Position numbers and translations under genes: made by a program | The notes under the pieces: model-generated | Seen by the model: only the letters and a program-made list of their open reading frames with translations | What the model was told of the DNA's origin: nothing | Database searches by the model: none | Shown: positions 12,695-26,719 of the stretch, piece after piece | How positions within the stretch are numbered: position 1 is the stretch's first letter | How the letters are laid out: each line of letters begins with the position of its first letter | Assembly: GCA_951406725.2 (NCBI GenBank) | Contig: OX597817.1 | Span: forward strand, 66,030,001 to 66,094,000 | Source of the DNA: Octopus vulgaris | Lineage: Eukaryota | Direction of reading: 5' to 3' | DNA: 64,000 bases

Positions 12695-14015
12695 TACTAG
12701 GTCTGATCAATAAGTATCCAGACTGGCGTTATAAAAACAAAACTACAGCACATACTAATTTGGCATTTAATCTCCTTCAAAGAAGTCCCTTTTAGAAGCC
12801 ACACACCTAATCCAGCACTGTTTTCATTAATGGAAGCATTCTTGGAACTTGTTTTCTGGGATAATCAGTAGCTGCCTCTTGCATTCAGATTTCCTTGATG
12901 TCCTGAAATCTCTTTTAAGCGGGATTTGATTTTTGGAAAGAAGAAAAGTTGCAAGGGGCAAGATCTGGGGAGTACGGTGGCTATAAAACCTGGGGAATGT
13001 TGTGCCTAGCCAAAAAATGCTGCACAAGCTGTGCTGAATGGACAGATGCATTGCCATGGTGCAATTGCCACTCACCAGACATATGCAATTGTGGCCTTTC
13101 CCAACGAATAGCATCCTACAAACGTCACAGTAGTACTCTGTTTACTGACTGACAAGGTGGAGCATACTCATGATGAACAATCCTCTTGTAAAATTACTAT
13201 TTGTAAATCTCATGAGAGATATTCAGCAACAGTACTTTGGAGTAAAGATAATTTGCCAACATAACATGGTAGTCTGATGAAGAGAAATAACCCAGAAATT
13301 GCAATATGCAGATAGTTTTGAGCTGAGTTGGGGTGCTGGATTCCCTTGTTTGAAAATATAAGGGCACATATCATGGCCAGCTGGAGACAATGTCTCCTGG
13401 GGCTAAATTACAGCAACATTTGTCCTAAACCAGGACTGCCATGTTATGTTGGCAAATTATCTTTACTCCAATCCCCTTGTAGTTGAAGAAAATGCTTCAG
13501 TTCATTCATGCTTTCTTCGGTTTCGGAGAGGTTGGGGTTTTCCACTGCAAAGACCGAGCCGTTGTTTCAGGGTCATGGCCAAAGACCCACAATTCATCAC
13601 CCGTTTCAAAAGGTTTTCATCGTTCTCGACCCAATCAAGATCTTGTGCAACTGAAACTCAAGAGTCATTTTGGTCGGCTGAAAACAGTTTTGGCACAAAC
13701 TTGGTAGACACGCATCTCATGCACAAATCTTCAGTGATAATGGACTGAACAGAACCATAACTAATGTACACATCCTCTGATAACTCACAGATAGTGATTC
13801 AACAATTTCCTCTCACAGCTGCATGCACATCTGTGATGTTTTTTTCACTTCTGCTGGTTGCAGGTCTCCTAGAACGTTTGTCTCTATCGACATTATTTCA
13901 ACTATCTTGGAAACGTCTGAACAACTCATATACTTGTGTGCAGCTCATACACTCCTCTCCAAACACTTTCTGCAACTTTGCATAAGCCTCTGAGCAGGTA
14001 TCACCAAGCTTTTGG
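12695..14015 (-). mobile_element. Decayed mariner transposase pseudogene, interrupted by a 278-bp insertion
   Basis: TIR-like TA-CTAGGTCTGATCAATAAGTATCCAGACTGG. Minus-strand remnants read FQECFH..., with a C-terminal GDFFEGD* and a PYSPDLAP-like segment (about 12955-12980). Confidence 0.75.
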
Positions 14016-15689
14016 TGATACACACATATTCTCAGCCACTGCACAGTACCTTGGGCAAGTACCTATAGCTCCAAGCCAACCAAAGCTTTGTTAGTGGATT
14101 TGATAGATGGAAACAGAAAGAAACCTGTTATATGTGTATGTATGTATCCTTGTCTTGACAATGTTTGATAATTGTAAACAAACACTACTGTCATACAATT
14201 GGTGGTGTTTGTTTGAAAGCTGTAAACACATAGCCAGCCATGGAGAAAAATTATTTCACTTGAAAACAATTGCGGGTTGGGAACAGAAAGGGCATGTGGC
14301 CACAGAAAGTTTGCCAGAACAAATTCCGTTTAACTCATGGAAGTATGAAGAAATAGTTGGAGAAAAAATATTGATGATAGACAGACAGAGAGAGAGTTAT
14401 CTTTCTATGACTTACAAATTGTTTATATATGAATATCATAGGAAGAAGATTTCTCCCAATGATACAAATGGAATATCTGAACCATTGCATGTTGGAACTG
14501 ATTGATAGATCCCAGTACTTGATTGGTACTGTATTTTATCATCTTTGGACAATGACAAAGATAACCTTGGTGAGATTTTCTAGTCAGTACATAATGATCA
14601 ATATACACCACAAAGCATTTTGTACAACTCTCAGATGATTCCCTCACATTCTCCACTTTTTTCATTTATTTTCAAAATTAATTGAAACACAGACTGAATT
14701 TAAATAGATTTAGAGTAAGAAAAAAGGGTTAAACAAATATCACTAAATATCTATATTATTTGCACAATATGATATTTAAAAAGATGACAATTCAATTATA
14801 TTCTTCACATGATTTTCCTCTTAAAGCTATAAATATTCAAATTTTCTCTGCTTTCCATTTCGTTTGTACATTCTGTACATTACTGACAAAATATTGAAGC
14901 AATGGAGAAATATAATGTAGTGTGGATGGGTTGGTGGTGATGTTTTGTGGTTTAAAGAATTACAGAAATATATCTGTGACCTCTACAGTGAAACTTTTCG
15001 TTTTCCTGGGTGTTCTTGCTCCACTTACTCTATTCTGTGGAGTGAGTGGAGTAAGAACACACGAAAACGAAAAGTGTCGCTGAAGAGGTCACAGATATGT
15101 GACAAAAGATTTCTGGACAATGGATATGGATTAGAATAAAATAAGAACAGTAATAAATGAGTGAAGAAAATAAATGAGCATCACGAAATACAATAAATAT
15201 AGTTTCTGATAAAATTATCTCCCCTGGACATATTTGACCCGTCCAACAGAAAAAAAAAATTATAAAATTTTTAAAATAAACTAAAATAAATTCCAGTTTG
15301 TAGGACATGTGTTGTAAGATTTATGCAGAGTCAATATATATAAACTATCAATCTCTCAGCTGTTTATTCCTTAGTTAAGTTAGTATTAACATTTAATGTA
15401 TGAAAGCATAAAAAAACTAACTACAAGTAAATATGAGATGGATTGACAGATATTACTAAGATATTTGATGTAGGGTGCAATAAAAAAGCTAACGAGATAA
15501 TTATGCAGATTATATAAAAAAAAAAAACAAACACAATAGTTGCCAATGGCTAATATTATTTACATTTCAAAGAATGGTAGACTGGAAAAAATGGCTTGTG
15601 GTATTTAGTTATATCTTTTTCTGTTCCAAGTTTAAATCCAGCTAGGGCCAACCAAGTACTGTGGAGTAGGGGTCAGTTTAATCAGTTAT

Positions 15690-15722
<33 letters not shown>

Positions 15723-15908
15723 AAAATGTGTGGTCTTGTACATGTTAGAAAGCAATATTATTTGCATTTTCCAGTAAGGATGGATATGTTTTGCTCTTAT
15801 TCCAATTTCATCATCAAAGTATAATCCTCACAGTACTTGTTGAAGTAATAATACACCATTCACTCAACCATTTTCCCAAGAAACAAAAGGTAGTAAAATG
15901 TTACTTAC

Positions 15909-16005
15909 CCAAGAAACTAGCCCCATTCAAATGACGCTGTGGACAAGACATTGCAGTTGCACTGAACACTGCAGGTGATGTAATTATGACTGAGAGTCCA
16001 TGGGG
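15909..16005 (-). CDS. ADHFE1: ADHFE1 exon 12 ([32 protein letters not shown])
   Basis: AG/GTAAG boundaries, 97 nt; PHG metal-ligand motif. Confidence 0.95.
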
Positions 16006-19000
16006 CTGTCAAAGAATGGAGAGAAGGCTAGACCCATGCATTATAAACATTTCTTCTAAATATATATGGCACTATACTTAATATGATAGAAGAAAGAATT
16101 TACAGTCAAGCTGCATATCTGTTACTTTTCAGATCACCATAAGTCAAAAAAAATAAGAATCACAAAGTTGTAATACATACATTTAATATACTAACACCGA
16201 CTTTAATATTGCTTTTCCTATAGATGGTGTCTCTTAGTAAATATCAACAGTGGTTTATTTATTTTGGCCACCATTTCTGCTACTTTACAACCATAACAAG
16301 CCATGCCATCATTACCACCGATACATGTAGCACTATGTAGTATTGTCTCACTCCTAAATCTGAAGTACAACACATCTAGAGTACTAAATCTAAGGGTCAT
16401 ACTTGATGCTCATCAAATATTCAATTAGTTACCATAGTGCTGTATGGATGAGATTAAGTACTCAACACCAACAACAACAATCACTGAGTTAGAGAGTGGG
16501 AAAGATATTACATTTTTAAAATACTGACAAGCTACCACAAAGGTCTCTATTCTTTTAGATATTGAATCTGTAAATCATTTACACAGCTCTACTAGTGAGG
16601 CTGACTGAAACAAAAACCATATAACTTGGTATGAATAAGAAAAAGAGTTGGAATAACCTCAGGGAGATATTTGTCACAATAACCTGCTTTTAAAATCATA
16701 GTCACAGGCAGAACCGTTTTATGCTAAAACAATCATCCCTAGTTCCAGTTACATGTTGCTAAACCTCTGAAAATAAGGCATCCAGCCATCCTGGTTTCCC
16801 AGGACTCATCCCAGTTTTCAAACATTGGTCTCATTCTCCTGAAACAATACTCCATTTTCTTGTGAAAATGGTTGAAAACATACTCCAGGATAGTGATTTA
16901 TCTTAAAGTTTCCTGTTTGTCTTTTAATTTCAAAAATAAATTTTCTTAATATTTTCCAGTTCATTTTTATGTTTTTTTTTAAATAATTTTTTGCTTCCCA
17001 CAAACTTTTTAGCTTTTATGGAGAACAGCTTTAATTGAGATATTGTTTATTCAATTTTCATTAAAGTATATGCCTACTATTCACATGTCTTGAACACATT
17101 CACTTCAACTCAGTTTATATGATGCCTGCAGCAGGTCAGGATTTGAACACAGTGCAACTGGGTCCAAGGATAAAGTTATCCAACCAACAATTTCCATTTT
17201 TTGGCAGAACTACACCTTCATCAACCAATAAATTCATTATCATTTAATGACCACTTTCAACCAGCTTGGATAATGGTCATTAAATGATAAATTTAATGAA
17301 AGACACACAGTTTTCTTGCTTGTCTATCACATCTTGTCATTCAGCTGCTATTTCTAGCATACTACTATTGCCATGTTAAATATACAGTTTATCTTACAAC
17401 TGAAATCTCTCCAGATTCACAATGAACTAAAAAGAAGTTTTCTTGCTCAAGAGAAAAGGTTATTTTTTGCACAAAAACATTTTTTCACTTCTTCCTGTTA
17501 AGTTTTAAAAATTTAGAAAACTACAGTTTTCACAGAATTCTAACAGCTGATAAGTTATAGAACAGAAAATGTTTTACTTTAATTATTGCATTTTTATATA
17601 AACAAAAAGTGAAGCAAGTAATGGTTTTACATTGAATACTTTGTCTAAGGTAAAGACAAAAACTATAGCTAATTACATAAAGAAATGCTGGTATGATAAC
17701 AAAATACTTAAAGAAAAATATATAGTATTTGGAGCAGATGATACTAATTAGAATTTTGGAAAAACCAATAGTAAAGTTCAGAAAAAGGTTTTTTTATCAA
17801 TTGAAAAATATTTCGAATGTTAAAATTAAGTTCTTGCTTATCACATAACACAATTCAACTTATTTCTGATAGATATGAACTTCATATTGAGCAGCAATGT
17901 AAATTTATTCTTTTTTTACTCAACTGTGAAAACTACAAGTTAGAATGACTGATTTATGTTCTTTTGTTGACATTTAATACAAAATACTATTATCTCACTT
18001 TCTAAGGTATATAAAGTGTATTTTAGAATTATTTTTTGCCTATAGAAAAAGTTCCATTTTTTAGTCATTTTTTTAATTACATCACTTTGATGAGCTATAC
18101 CTTAATGTCTTAAATAATTTTTCTTGAATTCTAAAAGACACAAATTTCAAAGGTAGAAAAATCAGATCAAAAGATCTTTGAGGTGAAAGAGATAGTTTTT
18201 GAAACTATAGAAAACAATGGTTTCAAATTTTCGCACAAGCCAGCAATTTTAGGAGGATAGTTGCAATGACCCCCACTACTCAACAAGTACTTATAAGCCC
18301 TGAAAGGATGAAAAGCAAAGTTGGTCTCAATGGGATTTGAACTCAGAATGTGAAGAACCAGAACAAATACTACAAAGCATTTTATTTCTAACCATCAAAC
18401 AATTCTGCATTATTTCAATTGAATTGAAATAATACGATTTAAAATTGTCAATGTTTTCCTCTCTAGCCAAACTGAGGAAATTCTAAAGAATTTTCAAAAT
18501 GACAAAAGAGTTAAACATTTCAAAAGCAATATTATTGAATTTTCATACAATATCAAATTATCTTGTAAAATGGCAAAAACAACTTACACCAATTTGATTT
18601 TTTTACATTGGTAAATCTCCAGAGTGGAAGAAAGTTGAGGAATCAATCATAGCTTTCCACAAGTTAAACCTCAAATTTGATGATAATACTTTGTACAATG
18701 AAAACATGTTGATAAAAATTGTGCCAAATGAAATTAAGAATAATTTAGACTGGAAAAAGAAAAACTGTCAAGAGAAATGGTATCTTATTTTCAGACAAAT
18801 AGAATTTGTAGAACAAAAAATGTAAACTGTTGAAATTGTGTTTCCATTTATTTCCAATTCCAGGATATAACAGCATTGATAGTGAAAAGAGGTTTCTCTC
18901 TAACTGATACTCAATTGTTTGACAAATGAAACAAACAATGTTTCAACAATCAATGCTTGTATTTTTGATGTCAAAGATATGGATTGTTTGAAATTCAATG

Positions 19001-19320
19001 AAATCATTAAAAATGAAAAGTAAGTATTGGTAAAACAACAAAAACTTCAAATAAGTATAGCATAACTGATTAGTTGCACATTTTTTTGTGTTTATACATT
19101 TTGATTTGAAACATTTTAGTTTTTTTGTTTTTTTTGTTAAATAAATGGTTTAACAAAGTATACTATTGATAAATCTTACTCTCATACATGAAAGACACAC
19201 ACATTTTTGAGTGGATAAACAAATCCTTTCCTGTCATGGTTGTGTATTAAAAAAAATATGGTCACCCTAACTAAAAACAAAGCCAAAAGTCAACAGTGGA
19301 AGTAAGGTTTGTATACTTAC

Positions 19321-19399
19321 AATAATAGGTTTGTCAGTGGGATAACCTTCAGCTTGATAGTCTCTAACTAATCCAGCAATTGGATAAGATATAGCATGG
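19321..19399 (-). CDS. ADHFE1: ADHFE1 exon 11 (HAISYPIAGLVRDYQAEGYPTDKPII)
   Basis: AG/GTAAG boundaries, 79 nt; H..SYPI.GLV motif. Confidence 0.95.
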
Positions 19400-20908
19400 C
19401 TGTACACAGTGATAGAAAAAAAGACAGTGATTAGAACTTAAATACTAGCTGGCCCAGGCAGAGATTCAGATATTCAAACCCTTGCGATAAGAATTATGTT
19501 ATACTTGGGTAGAAAAAGTCAAATTAATTACTTTAAAAGACATTAAAACATGTTAAACACCAGTTTAATGCAGCTGTTATTGTGTATCATATAAGTTTAT
19601 ATCATTCAAAACACTCTTTGTTGCCAGGATATGTAGATACATCATTAAGGTGTGATTTTAATGGAAAATTTAAAAAAGAAAAAAAAACAATGGTATTTAT
19701 AAAGGTTCTTTTACTTTTTATTCATATTCCTTATATCAAACATTCTCATTTGTAAGGTTATACAGTGGCCTGTTAAATAAGATGTTATTACTCTTTAAAA
19801 CATTATGTAGATGTAGATAAGTAATATTTTATCTCTATATCTTTAAAAGAAAATGGAGCTATTACTTCTACTAGCAATGAAGGTATTAAAGGTGATATTG
19901 CATGGTCATAGGAACTGAATATAGAAGATAAGCAAAGGATGGTTAAAAAATAATTAAGAGAGCTTGCTGAACTGAGTATGTAGTGTTAGTGTACAAGCCT
20001 ATGACCAATGATACTGTAGATGTAAGATTTTCAAAAAGTCAATAAAATGGAAAATATTTGCCAAGGAATAGGGAATTGGCAAGGAAAGAGTCAAGTATGA
20101 TCTATTTGATACACAATGTTAACTTTTATAAAAAATGAAGTATCATGCAGGTGAGCAATAAAACGTTATTCTTTTCTACTCTAGGCACAAGGCCTGAAAT
20201 TTTGGGGGAGGGAGCCAGTCAATTAGATCAACCCCAGTGCATAACTGGTACTTAATTTATCAACCCCAAAAGGATGAAAGGCAAAGTCGACCTCGGCGGA
20301 ATTTGAACTCAGAACATAAAGACAGACGAAATACCACTAAGGATTTCGCCCGGCGTGCAAACATTTCTGCCAGCTCAGGTAGCTCTGTTGTTATGGATGT
20401 TAGAAAACACCTAATAGTTGGAAGAGTGTTTTGTGTTGTCACTATTTAGCCCCATGCCATTCAAGATCAAGGAGACCTATAATCAAAAGCATTCAAGCTG
20501 TAACCATTCCAATCTATTTTGTCTGATTTTTTTCAGACATAGAGTTTCTAGGACAACAATATCCAATGTGTCCTATATTTTACAAAATGATACTATATGT
20601 GATTTGAAGAAAATTTGACAGCTACTTTTAATAGACTGAGTGACTATGTTAAAGCTCCCTCATTAGCTTGTATAGTGTGTTGAAAATGTAAAGGTACTGT
20701 GTAGCAAAAGAAGTCAAAAAGATTTTTAAAAACCATAGGAAGTAATGGCAAGTTAAGTCTCAGTTTTTTAAACTTCACAAACAAGATTATGCAAGAACAA
20801 TAAGAATGGAAATTTTCTATTCTAAAAAGTGGTTTGGCCAAACCTAATATGAAGAAAATCCAGATACTGAAACAATGACAATGGGGATCAAAATCATGAT
20901 ATGCTTAC

Positions 20909-21007
20909 CATAAATGGACACCAGCGTTTCCAAAACCAACAGCAGCAAAACTACTGGCTAGTTGTAAATTAGATATGGCTTCTAAATCATCTTGGTTGTC
21001 AACTGCC
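20909..21007 (-). CDS. ADHFE1: ADHFE1 exon 10 (AVDNQDDLEAISNLQLASSFAAVGFGNAGVHLC)
   Basis: AG/GTAAG boundaries, 99 nt; GFGNAGVHLC motif. Confidence 0.96.
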
Positions 21008-21631
21008 CTGCAAAAATTTGAAAGAAAAATGAATATAAGATAATTGACATATATATTCGTTTACATTAAAAGTTTGGAAAAAAACTGTAAAATTTCATGA
21101 GTTTGGTACATACTTGGTACATACAGTATCCATCTAGTATATCACTTAAATACCTAACTTGCACTAGCTTTCTGAACATATTAGAACATGTTCAATATTA
21201 AGTAGTAATGAATATATTCAATGCACAAGTATGACTGTGTTTGAGAAGTTTGCTTTGGAACCAGTATACCAATTCTAAAACCAAGATATACCCAGTGTAT
21301 GAAGCTCTTAGGAGGCACAAGCACTGACACACACAACGCTAACTTCTGCCTACCAAATTCAATCACAAGGCTTTGGTCAGCCCAAGGTTATAGCAGAAGA
21401 CGCCCAATTTGCCATGCAATGGGACTGAACCTAAAACCATGTGTCTAGGAAGTAAGCTTCCTAACCACACAGCCATATTTATATTTATATTACAGTAAGT
21501 TTCAATTAGTTTTCTCTTTTTCTTATGAGGTATCTTATCCTTAGCTATCTTCAGGGCCTGACTGATAGACATACATTTGTCAGTGACCTAGTAGATAAAT
21601 AAAGGTTCCTAACTCAAAGCTACTCTGGTGC

Positions 21632-21682
<51 letters not shown>

Positions 21683-22276
21683 AGAAATAACATACCCAAT
21701 GACAACCAAAGGTCAAACTGGTTGAAGCACAGTGTAGATGTAAATGTTTAAAAAATCTTTCAACATTAAAGATGAGATTAATTAAAATCTAACAGTTATA
21801 ATCTCATCAATACTACTAATCTATTTAGTCAAGTTATATAACATTAACTCATTCACTGAAAACAACTATTTATAAAATATTTTTAAAATTACTGAATATA
21901 TTTAAACAGCAGAATAAAACAGAAAAGGCATAATCATCACTACCATCATTATCATCATTATTTTATCCACTCTCCATGCTGACACCACTTAGACAGGTCA
22001 TCACTGTCCAATTTAGTTCTTACTCAGAGTTACTGCTCTCCTAGTCAAGTCAGTAGACCATGGTCATTTGTCTGTTCAGTTTCAAATATAAATTCTACAG
22101 CTGAATTCCCTTCCTAATTTACAGAGTACACAGGGTGAATTATTTGTGACATCAGAACTATAAAGTTTGACATGTTCTATGCAAGATTAATGAGTCCTCT
22201 CAACATTATATTGTTTGTTTCTTTACAATTTAAATAAATAAATGATAGAAGTAAATAAAGTGTTGACGATACTTAC

Positions 22277-22429
22277 CTTTGAAGATATTTATCACACACC
22301 TGAAGTGCAGCTTGGGACCAAACATCACTGATAGGGTTACTGCCTTGGTAAGCTGGCCGAAGTTCAGGACTGCTTGCTCTAGGAGCTCTTTCATAATAAG
22401 GTAGGGCTGTGTAAGATTCTAATGCATGA
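22277..22429 (-). CDS. ADHFE1: ADHFE1 exon 9 ([11 protein letters not shown]...[15 protein letters not shown]...)
   Basis: AG/GTAAG boundaries, 153 nt; HOT-specific [12 protein letters not shown]. Confidence 0.97.
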
Positions 22430-22793
22430 CTGAAATATAGAAACAAAATTACTGATGAAGAAATAACATAGTGAAGCATAATGGTTATGAGGAACATCTC
22501 CTGAAAGAGACACCAGTCTATAAGATGCAATTTTCCCAAACATCCTGGTATCTAATCCTAATAGTTAGGTGAAGTGAGGTATATAGAATAAAGTGTCAAA
22601 CTCAGAAATATTATACAATGATTGTAGTTCTGCATGGAATTTGAACTCACAAATCATGTGCTGTTAGTCTAGCATGCTACCTGCTTAGCTATGTCCCTAA
22701 GTAGATAGTTCTATGTCCTAAAGACTGGGACACAAGAGAAATTGAAAATCATGTCAAAGAAAGGAAATTTTACACTTTGGCAACTAGACTTAC

Positions 22794-22899
22794 CCCAGAA
22801 TATCAAGGCCACTGTATGCAACAACACGTTCTGGCTGAGATACCACATTCAATGGATCCAAAATCCCTAATGTTGGTCGCAAAGAGCGATTGGAAATAC
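22794..22899 (-). CDS. ADHFE1: ADHFE1 exon 8 (ISNRSLRPTLGILDPLNVVSQPERVVAYSGLDIL)
   Basis: AG/GTAAG boundaries, 106 nt; PTLG..DP and SG.D motifs. Confidence 0.95.
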
Positions 22900-22980
22900 C
22901 TACAAGATAAATAAAGGCAGGAGAGAAAAAGTCTGTTTTTAGAAAACTCTCCAGTAATTATAACTCTGTGTGTGTGTGTT

Positions 22981-23011
<31 letters not shown>

Positions 23012-23488
23012 ATGCATGCGTGCATGTGTGAGTGCACATCTGTTTGTCCTTACATATAGATGCATGCTGGCATGGGTTGAATGGTTTGACAGGATCCAAT
23101 GGATCAAGGGACTGTATGCATCATACAATCCATGACATCATTCACAGCCCAATATGTGTTTTCAAACATGTTCAAGAGGAAGAACATTTTCTCCAGAACT
23201 ATTATCACAGTGGACAGTCTTCTCACATCCAAATTCACTCAAACATGCATTTAAATAACCAAGTGTCCTTCAATACACAACCTTCCATCTTTAGAAAAGG
23301 ATGAATGCATTACATAATATAATCCCAAATACACTTTTCAGTAACAATACAGTTCTCAACTAGGCAGAGGTTTGTTATATCTAGTGCAGTGGATGTGTGG
23401 ATCATACAAAGCTGATTGACCAATTACCTACAAGTCATAGGTTTACTTGATAAGGATAACAACCATAACAAGATGAGTAACAACTTAC

Positions 23489-23566
23489 CAGTTTTAGCCT
23501 TTAGTTTATCAAATCCAAACACAGCTGTGCCTGTTGTTTCACTGCCTGTTCCTGTGGTAGTTGGTA
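23489..23566 (-). CDS. ADHFE1: ADHFE1 exon 7 (PTTTGTGSETTGTAVFGFDKLKAKT)
   Basis: AG/GTAAG boundaries, 78 nt; Fe-ADH PTT.GTGSE motif. Confidence 0.97.
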
Positions 23567-23697
23567 CTGAAAGAAATAAACACCACATGACACAGTCAGT
23601 TCTGTCACAAAAAGCTAAATCATAAGAGAGCATTTTTTTATAAACTAAAAATAAATATAAAATTTTAATTAAAATTGACACAAAAATGTTGGCTTAC

Positions 23698-23894
23698 TTG
23701 CAATAAGGGGTTTTACAGATATGGTAATAGGGAGACCTTTGCCAATTGGAGCATTGACATAGTCTAGGAAGTCTGCTGATGGATCAGATGAGTACAAGTT
23801 GGCAGCTTTACATGTGTCCATAGTAGAACCACCACCAATCGCAAGGAAGGCATCGAAGTTGTCTTGCTTCACAAAGTCTATGGCTGTTTTAAAG
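23698..23894 (-). CDS. ADHFE1: ADHFE1 exon 6 ([34 protein letters not shown]...KPLIA)
   Basis: AG/GTAAG boundaries, 197 nt; GGGS..D..K NAD-binding motif. Confidence 0.97.
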
Positions 23895-25063
23895 CTGAAA
23901 TTATATACATATCATCATCATTCTTTAACATCCACTTGTAATGCTTAGATGGAATTTGTTGAAGCAGATTTTTTATGACCAGATATCCTTCCTCTTGCCA
24001 ACCCTTGTAGATTTAGGTTGATAGTAAAGTGTACATTCAACAGAAGCACACAGAAGAAATACATAAGATCTGGGAACATTACTTTCATAGGAAAGAGATA
24101 TGTGCTGAGATTCTGTATTTTTAATCTGTTCAGTCTACACCAACATGGAAACCACAACCACCACCGTATATCTCCATGCAAAGTCAGTGAAAAGGGCATG
24201 ACAGACCTAAAGCATCTATAGTGATCAGGGGAAGTTTTTATGAATTGAGAGTTCTATAGAATTAGGCAGGTACTGTTTATTCCTTTAGTTCCACATCAGT
24301 CCTGACTGAAAGTATTCCAACCATGACTATCCATTTTTTTTTTTATTCAGACAGTGTAAATAGGAATAAACTATATCAACTTTCATGTTCCGATTGAGCT
24401 TACCTTACCTGCTTTTATGGTAGCCACTACCATAATCTGTAAGCATCAAGAATAAATGGATAGTGGTGAGTGTGTAACATATTCAAGCTGTCATATTGCT
24501 CTCCATAACATTCATCACAGCATATCAGCATGTGCAGTATGATCTTCAACAAGGTGGAGACATGATATAGTATTAAGCCAACTATATGCATATCAAAGGA
24601 TTATTTGATCTGAATTGGCTGTGGCTACAAAACAATATACAGATACATATTAACATAAGGTAACTTTTATTTCTATATTCTTGTCAAATACATCATTACT
24701 CACATATATTACTCACTTAGATAGAAGTGTATGTGTACACTTTATGGTTAAGTGTTTGTAACTAAATAATTTCAATTCCATTGTGTTGTACCTTATAGAC
24801 TCAAGCTGACCAAAGCTTTGTGAGTGTAATTTGGTAGTTGGGAATTGTGTGAAAGCCTGTCAGAGGAAATATTCCTGTTCTTGGATAGTAAGACTTAATA
24901 CATCACCCACTTTAATACCAACACCAAATCCATGGGTTTGCTGTTGATATCAAATGTTGTAAGATTAGCTTTCATCTTCAAAAAAGAATTAATTAGTTGA
25001 CACTAGCTGTACTAGAACTGATCATTTGTTTATAGAATTACATCTAAAGCTTGCCTATCTTAC

Positions 25064-25218
25064 CTTTCATCAGATGGTTCCACTTTTACATCTGTGAATA
25101 ACTTGTATTTCAGGTTTTGATCCTCCAGTGACTGAAGTGCTACTTTCACAGCTCGTGTTTTCAAAACACCTTTATCTGTCATCACACATATCAGCTTGGA
25201 ACCTAAATTGCGGAAGTC
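25064..25218 (-). CDS. ADHFE1: ADHFE1 exon 5 (DFRNLGSKLICVMTDK...DVKVEPSDE)
   Basis: AG/GTAAG boundaries, 155 nt; MTDK and V.VEP.D motifs. Confidence 0.95.
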
Positions 25219-26719
25219 CTACAAAATAATTGCATAACATTATTGTACATTAATTAACATAACTATGTCACCAACATGATGATCAAATACAAGTTAGACA
25301 ACTCACTACATCAAACAGCAGAGACACCAAAACAACAAGAGTTTCTATGTAGTTGCATAGCCAGCTGCAATTAGCAGCCAAATCTGCTTCAAATTTCACC
25401 CTCCCACTTTGAATAAGCAGACAAACTGGATAATGTTGCAACAGATATCTATAAAATGGCAGTATGGTGTTATTTGGAATGCCTTTGATCATAGGATCAA
25501 CTCAATGAGAGCTAATCTGGGACTAAACAACAACAGTACACATTATTAAATACAAACACATTGAATTTTAAAATGGATTTACATAATCATAATCATCTAC
25601 ATATTAATGTTTGTTATTGTTGTTGTTTAACCCTGATTCACCCTAATTGAGCAGGCTTATGATCAAAAGTATTCCAGCACTGATTATTCCATCCTTTTAG
25701 GGGTATGTTGGATTACGTTATTTAACTGTCCTATATTAAAACAATAGTGTGATTTGAAGGAGTTTGGGCAGCTATTTCTATCAAGTCATGAGACTATTTA
25801 GAAGCAGTTCCCTGACTGGTATTTAGTTTTCCACACTCACGTGGGATAGACAGATCTGCAGTACAGTAGACTGACATCATCTTGACCCTGTATCATTGTA
25901 AGATATGACCTCATTATCTTTCATGGAAGTGAATATTACACACCCAACAGAGTACAACTGACTCATTTAACTCCAACCCTATAGAGTTCCTCTATCCTAT
26001 ACTAATATCTCACTATCAATGCTGCATCATACTCCTTATGTATGTAGTCTTCCTTTTAGTACTGTCGGAGAAATAATTTGTTGCCAACAGTGAAGGTATG
26101 TGGATTAGCGGTTAGGGTATTCAGCTCATGATCCTAAGGTTGTCAGTTCAATTTCCAGTAGTGCATTGTGCCCTTGAGCAAGATACTTTATTTCTTGTTG
26201 CTCTAGTTCATTCAACTGGCAAAAGTGAGCTGTACCTGTAATTCAAAAGGCCAATCTTATCCTTTTCTGTGTGATTCTGAAAACTATGTTAAAGATATGC
26301 ATGTCTGAGGAGTGCTCAGCAACTTGCTCATTAATTTTACAAGCAGGTTGTAAGGTTGAAACACTCATTGTCATAACTGTTGTCCTTAAGTTACAGTTAA
26401 CTCAAAGTCTTTCACTTTTTCTTGCCCTAACTGCTATGCATTCACTGCAGCTATTCTTTTCTCTCTCTCTCTCTCTCTCTCTATGGGAGCGCACACACAT
26501 GTGTGTGTGTGCATACGTGCATGTAAGTAAATAGATTTCTGTCTGTTTCAATGATGAAGATTCAGTTGTGTTCAATCAACTGAGTTATCTGCTTCCTGAA
26601 TTAAAATACATATGGTTGAGCATTCCACAGAAGCATGTAATCCTCAAGCAGAATCAACATAACACAATGTATGACAATGCTATATAGTTTTGTTAGGCCT
26701 CAGCATGGATTTTGTTTCC

